Positions 61,301 to 64,000 of a DNA stretch of 64,000 nt are shown in pieces. This DNA comes from Eledone cirrhosa (taxonomy: Eukaryota), in assembly GCA_964016885.1 (NCBI GenBank), contig OZ024740.1:140802001-140866000 (forward strand). Direction: 5' to 3'. The notes beneath the pieces are model-generated. The model was not told the origin of the DNA, searched no databases, and saw only the letters and a list, made by a program, of their open reading frames with translations. The first letter of the stretch is position 1; every line of letters begins with the position of its first letter. Made by a program: the position numbers and the translations under genes.

Positions 61301-64000
61301 TGTGGTATAGATGTAGGGATGGTTGTGTGGTATAGTTGTAGGGATGGTTGTGTGGTATAGTTGTAGGTATGGTTGTGTGGTATACTTGTAGGTATGGTTG
61401 TGTGGTATAGATGTAGGGATGGTTGTGTGGTATGGATGTAGGGATGGTTGTGTGGTATAGTTGTAGGGATGGTTGTGTGGTATAGTTGTAGGGATGGTTG
61501 TGTGGTATAGATGTAGGTATGGTTGTGTGGTATAGATGTAGGGATGGTTGTGTGGTATAGTTGTAGGGATGGTTGTGTGGTATAGTTGTAGGTATGGTTG
61601 TGTGGTATAGTTGTAGGGATGGTTGTGTGGTATACTTGTAGGTATGGTTGTGTGGTATAGATGTAGGTATGGTTGTGTGGTATACTTGTAGGTATGGTTG
61701 TGTGGTATAGTTGTAGGGATGGTTGTGTGGTATAGTTGTAGGTATGGTTGTGTGGTATAGATGTAGGTATGGTTGTATGGTATAGATGTAGGTATGGTTG
61801 TGTGGTATAGATGTAAGTATGCTTGTGTGGTATAGATATAGGTATGGTTGAGTGGTATACTTGTAGGTATGGTTGTGTGGTATAGTTGTAGGGATGGTTC
61901 TGTGATATAGTTGTAGGTATGGTTGTGTGGTATAGATGTAGGTATGGTTGTGTGGTATAGATGTAGGGATGGTTGTGTGGTATAGATGTAGGTATGGTTG
62001 TGTGGTATATATGTAGGGATGGTTGTGTGGTATAGTTGTAGGTATGGTTGTGTGGTATAGTTGTAGGTATGGTTGTGTGGTATAGATGTAGGGATGGTTG
62101 TGTGGTATAGTTGTAGGTATGGTTGTGTGGTATAGTTGTAGGGATGGTTGTGTGGTATAGATGTAGGTATGGTTGTGTGGTATAGATGTAGGGATGGTTG
62201 TGTGGTATAGTTGTAGGTATGGTTGTGTGGTATAGATGTAGGGATGGTTGTGTGGTATAGTTGTAGGTATGGTTGTGTGGTATAGATGTAGGTATGGTTG
62301 TGTGGTATAGATGTAGGGATGGTTGTGTGGTATAGTTGTAGGTATGGTTGTGTGATATAGATGTAGGTATGGTTGTGTGATATAGATGTAGGTATGGTTG
62401 TGTGATATAGATGTAGGTATGGTTGTGTGATATAGATGTAGGTATGGTTGTGTGGTATAGATGTAGGTATGGTTGTGTGGTATAGATGTAGGTATGGTTG
62501 TGTGGTATAGTTGTAGGTATGGTTGTGTGGTATAGCTGTAGGTATGGTTGTGTGGTATAGTTGTAGGTATGGTTGTGTGGTATAGATGTAGGTATGGTTG
62601 TGTGGTATAGATGTAGGTATAGTTGTGTGGTATAGATGTAGGGAGGGTTGTGTGGTATAGTTGTAGGTATGGTTGTGTGGTATAGATGTAGGTATGGTTG
62701 TGTGGTATAGTTGTAGGTATGATTGTGTGGTATAGCTGTAGGTATGGTTGTGTGGTATAGTTGTAGGTATGGTTGTGTGGTATAGATGTAGGTATGGTTG
62801 TGTGGTTTAGATGTAGGTATGGTTGTGTGGTATAGATGTAGGTATGGTTGTGTGGTATAGATGTAGGTATGGTTGTGTGGTATGGTTGTGTGGTATAGCT
62901 GTAGGTATGGTTGTGTGGTATAGCTGTAGGTATGGTTGTGTGGTATAGTTGTAGGTATGGTTGTGTGATATAGATGTAGGTATGGTTGTGTGGTATAGTT
63001 GTATGTATGGTTGTGTGGTATAGATGTAGGTATGGTTGTGTGGTATAGATGTAGGGATGGTTGTGTGGTATAGTTGTAGGTATGGTTGTGTGGTATAGTT
63101 GTAGGGATGGTTGTGTGGTATAGTTGTAGGTATGGTTATGTGGTATAGTTGTAGGGATGGTTGTGTGGTATAGATGTAGGTATGGTTGTGTGGTATAGTT
63201 GTAGGTATGGTTGTGTGGTATAGTTGTAGGTAGGGTTGTGTGGTATAGATGTAGGTATGGTTGTGTGGTATAGATGTAGGGATGGTTGTGTGGTATAGAT
63301 GTAGGTATGGTTGTGTGGTATAGTTGTAGGGATGGTTGTGTGGTATAGTTGTAGGTATGGTTGTGTGGTATAGTTGTAGGGATGGTTGTGTGGTATAGAT
63401 GTAGGGATGGTTGTGTGGTATAGTTGTAGGTATGGTTGTGTGGTATAGTTGTAGGTATGGTTGTGTGGTATAGTTGTAGGTATGGTTGTGTGGTATAGAT
63501 GTAGGCATGGTTGTGTGGTATAGATGTAGGCATGGTTGTGTGGTATAGATGTAGGGATGGTTGTGTGGTATAGATGTAGGTATGGTTGTGTGGTATAGAT
63601 GTAGGGATGGTTGTGTGGTATAGATGTAGGCATGGTTGTGTGGTATAGATGTAGGTATGGTTGTGTGGTATAGATGTAGGGATGGTTGTGTGGTATAGAT
63701 GTAGGCATGGTTGTGTGGTATAGATGTAGGTATGGTTGTGTGGTATAGATGTAGGGATGGTTGTGTGGTATAGATGTAGGCATGGTTGTGTGGTATAGAT
63801 GTAGGTATGGTTGTGTGGTATAGATGTAGGTATGGTTGTGTGATATAGTTGTAGGGATGGTTGTGTGGTATAGATGTAGGTATGGTTGTGTGGTATAGTT
63901 GTAGGTATGGTTGTGTGGTATAGATGTAGGTATGGTTGTGTGGTATAGATGTAGGGATGGTTGTGTGGTATAGATGTAGGCATGGTTGTGTGGTATAGAT
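49335..64000. repeat. 25-bp satellite GGTTGTGTGGTATAG(A/T)TGTAGG(G/T/C)AT, running off the window
   Basis: ~14.7 kb, roughly 585 monomers, strongly G/T-rich on the + strand. Confidence 0.99.

Noticed and set aside
49311-63983. ORFs up to 3349 aa (TTIPTSIPHNHPYIYTTQPSLHLYH repeats)
   Set aside because: The C/A-rich strand of the 25-mer lacks stops in all frames; the unit is not a multiple of 3 and 4-bp deletions are tolerated
49335-64000. CRISPR array or true telomere; superficial likeness to long budding-yeast telomeric repeats
   Set aside because: No spacers or cas genes; animal context; not TTAGGG; internal variants and block duplications fit satellite DNA

Overview
AT-rich, repeat-saturated eukaryotic (animal) DNA. 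From memory, the repeat families resemble those of octopus/coleoid cephalopod genomes; this is an inference. I find no complete host gene. The long ORFs at 1-5.6 kb and 49-64 kb are artefacts of (TA/TACA)n microsatellites and of a 25-bp satellite. Main contents: (1) many 5'-truncated RTE-clade LINE copies, with a PHD-like C4HC3 finger inside ORF2 and two 5'-inverted (twin-priming-type) insertions; (2) tRNA-derived SINEs (Meta-domain-like and CORE-like with RTE tails); (3) HERO-like, R4/Dong-like and IS630/Tc1 fossils and several MITEs; (4) a 14.7-kb 25-bp satellite with a ~5.65-5.8 kb higher-order duplication. The most notable unlisted signal is about ten type-I hammerhead-ribozyme motifs from several families in Penelope-LTR/retrozyme-like non-coding elements. 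One is an intact hammerhead inside a highly structured ~0.5-kb unit at 4187-4773. Boundaries of degraded repeats are approximate (read by eye).
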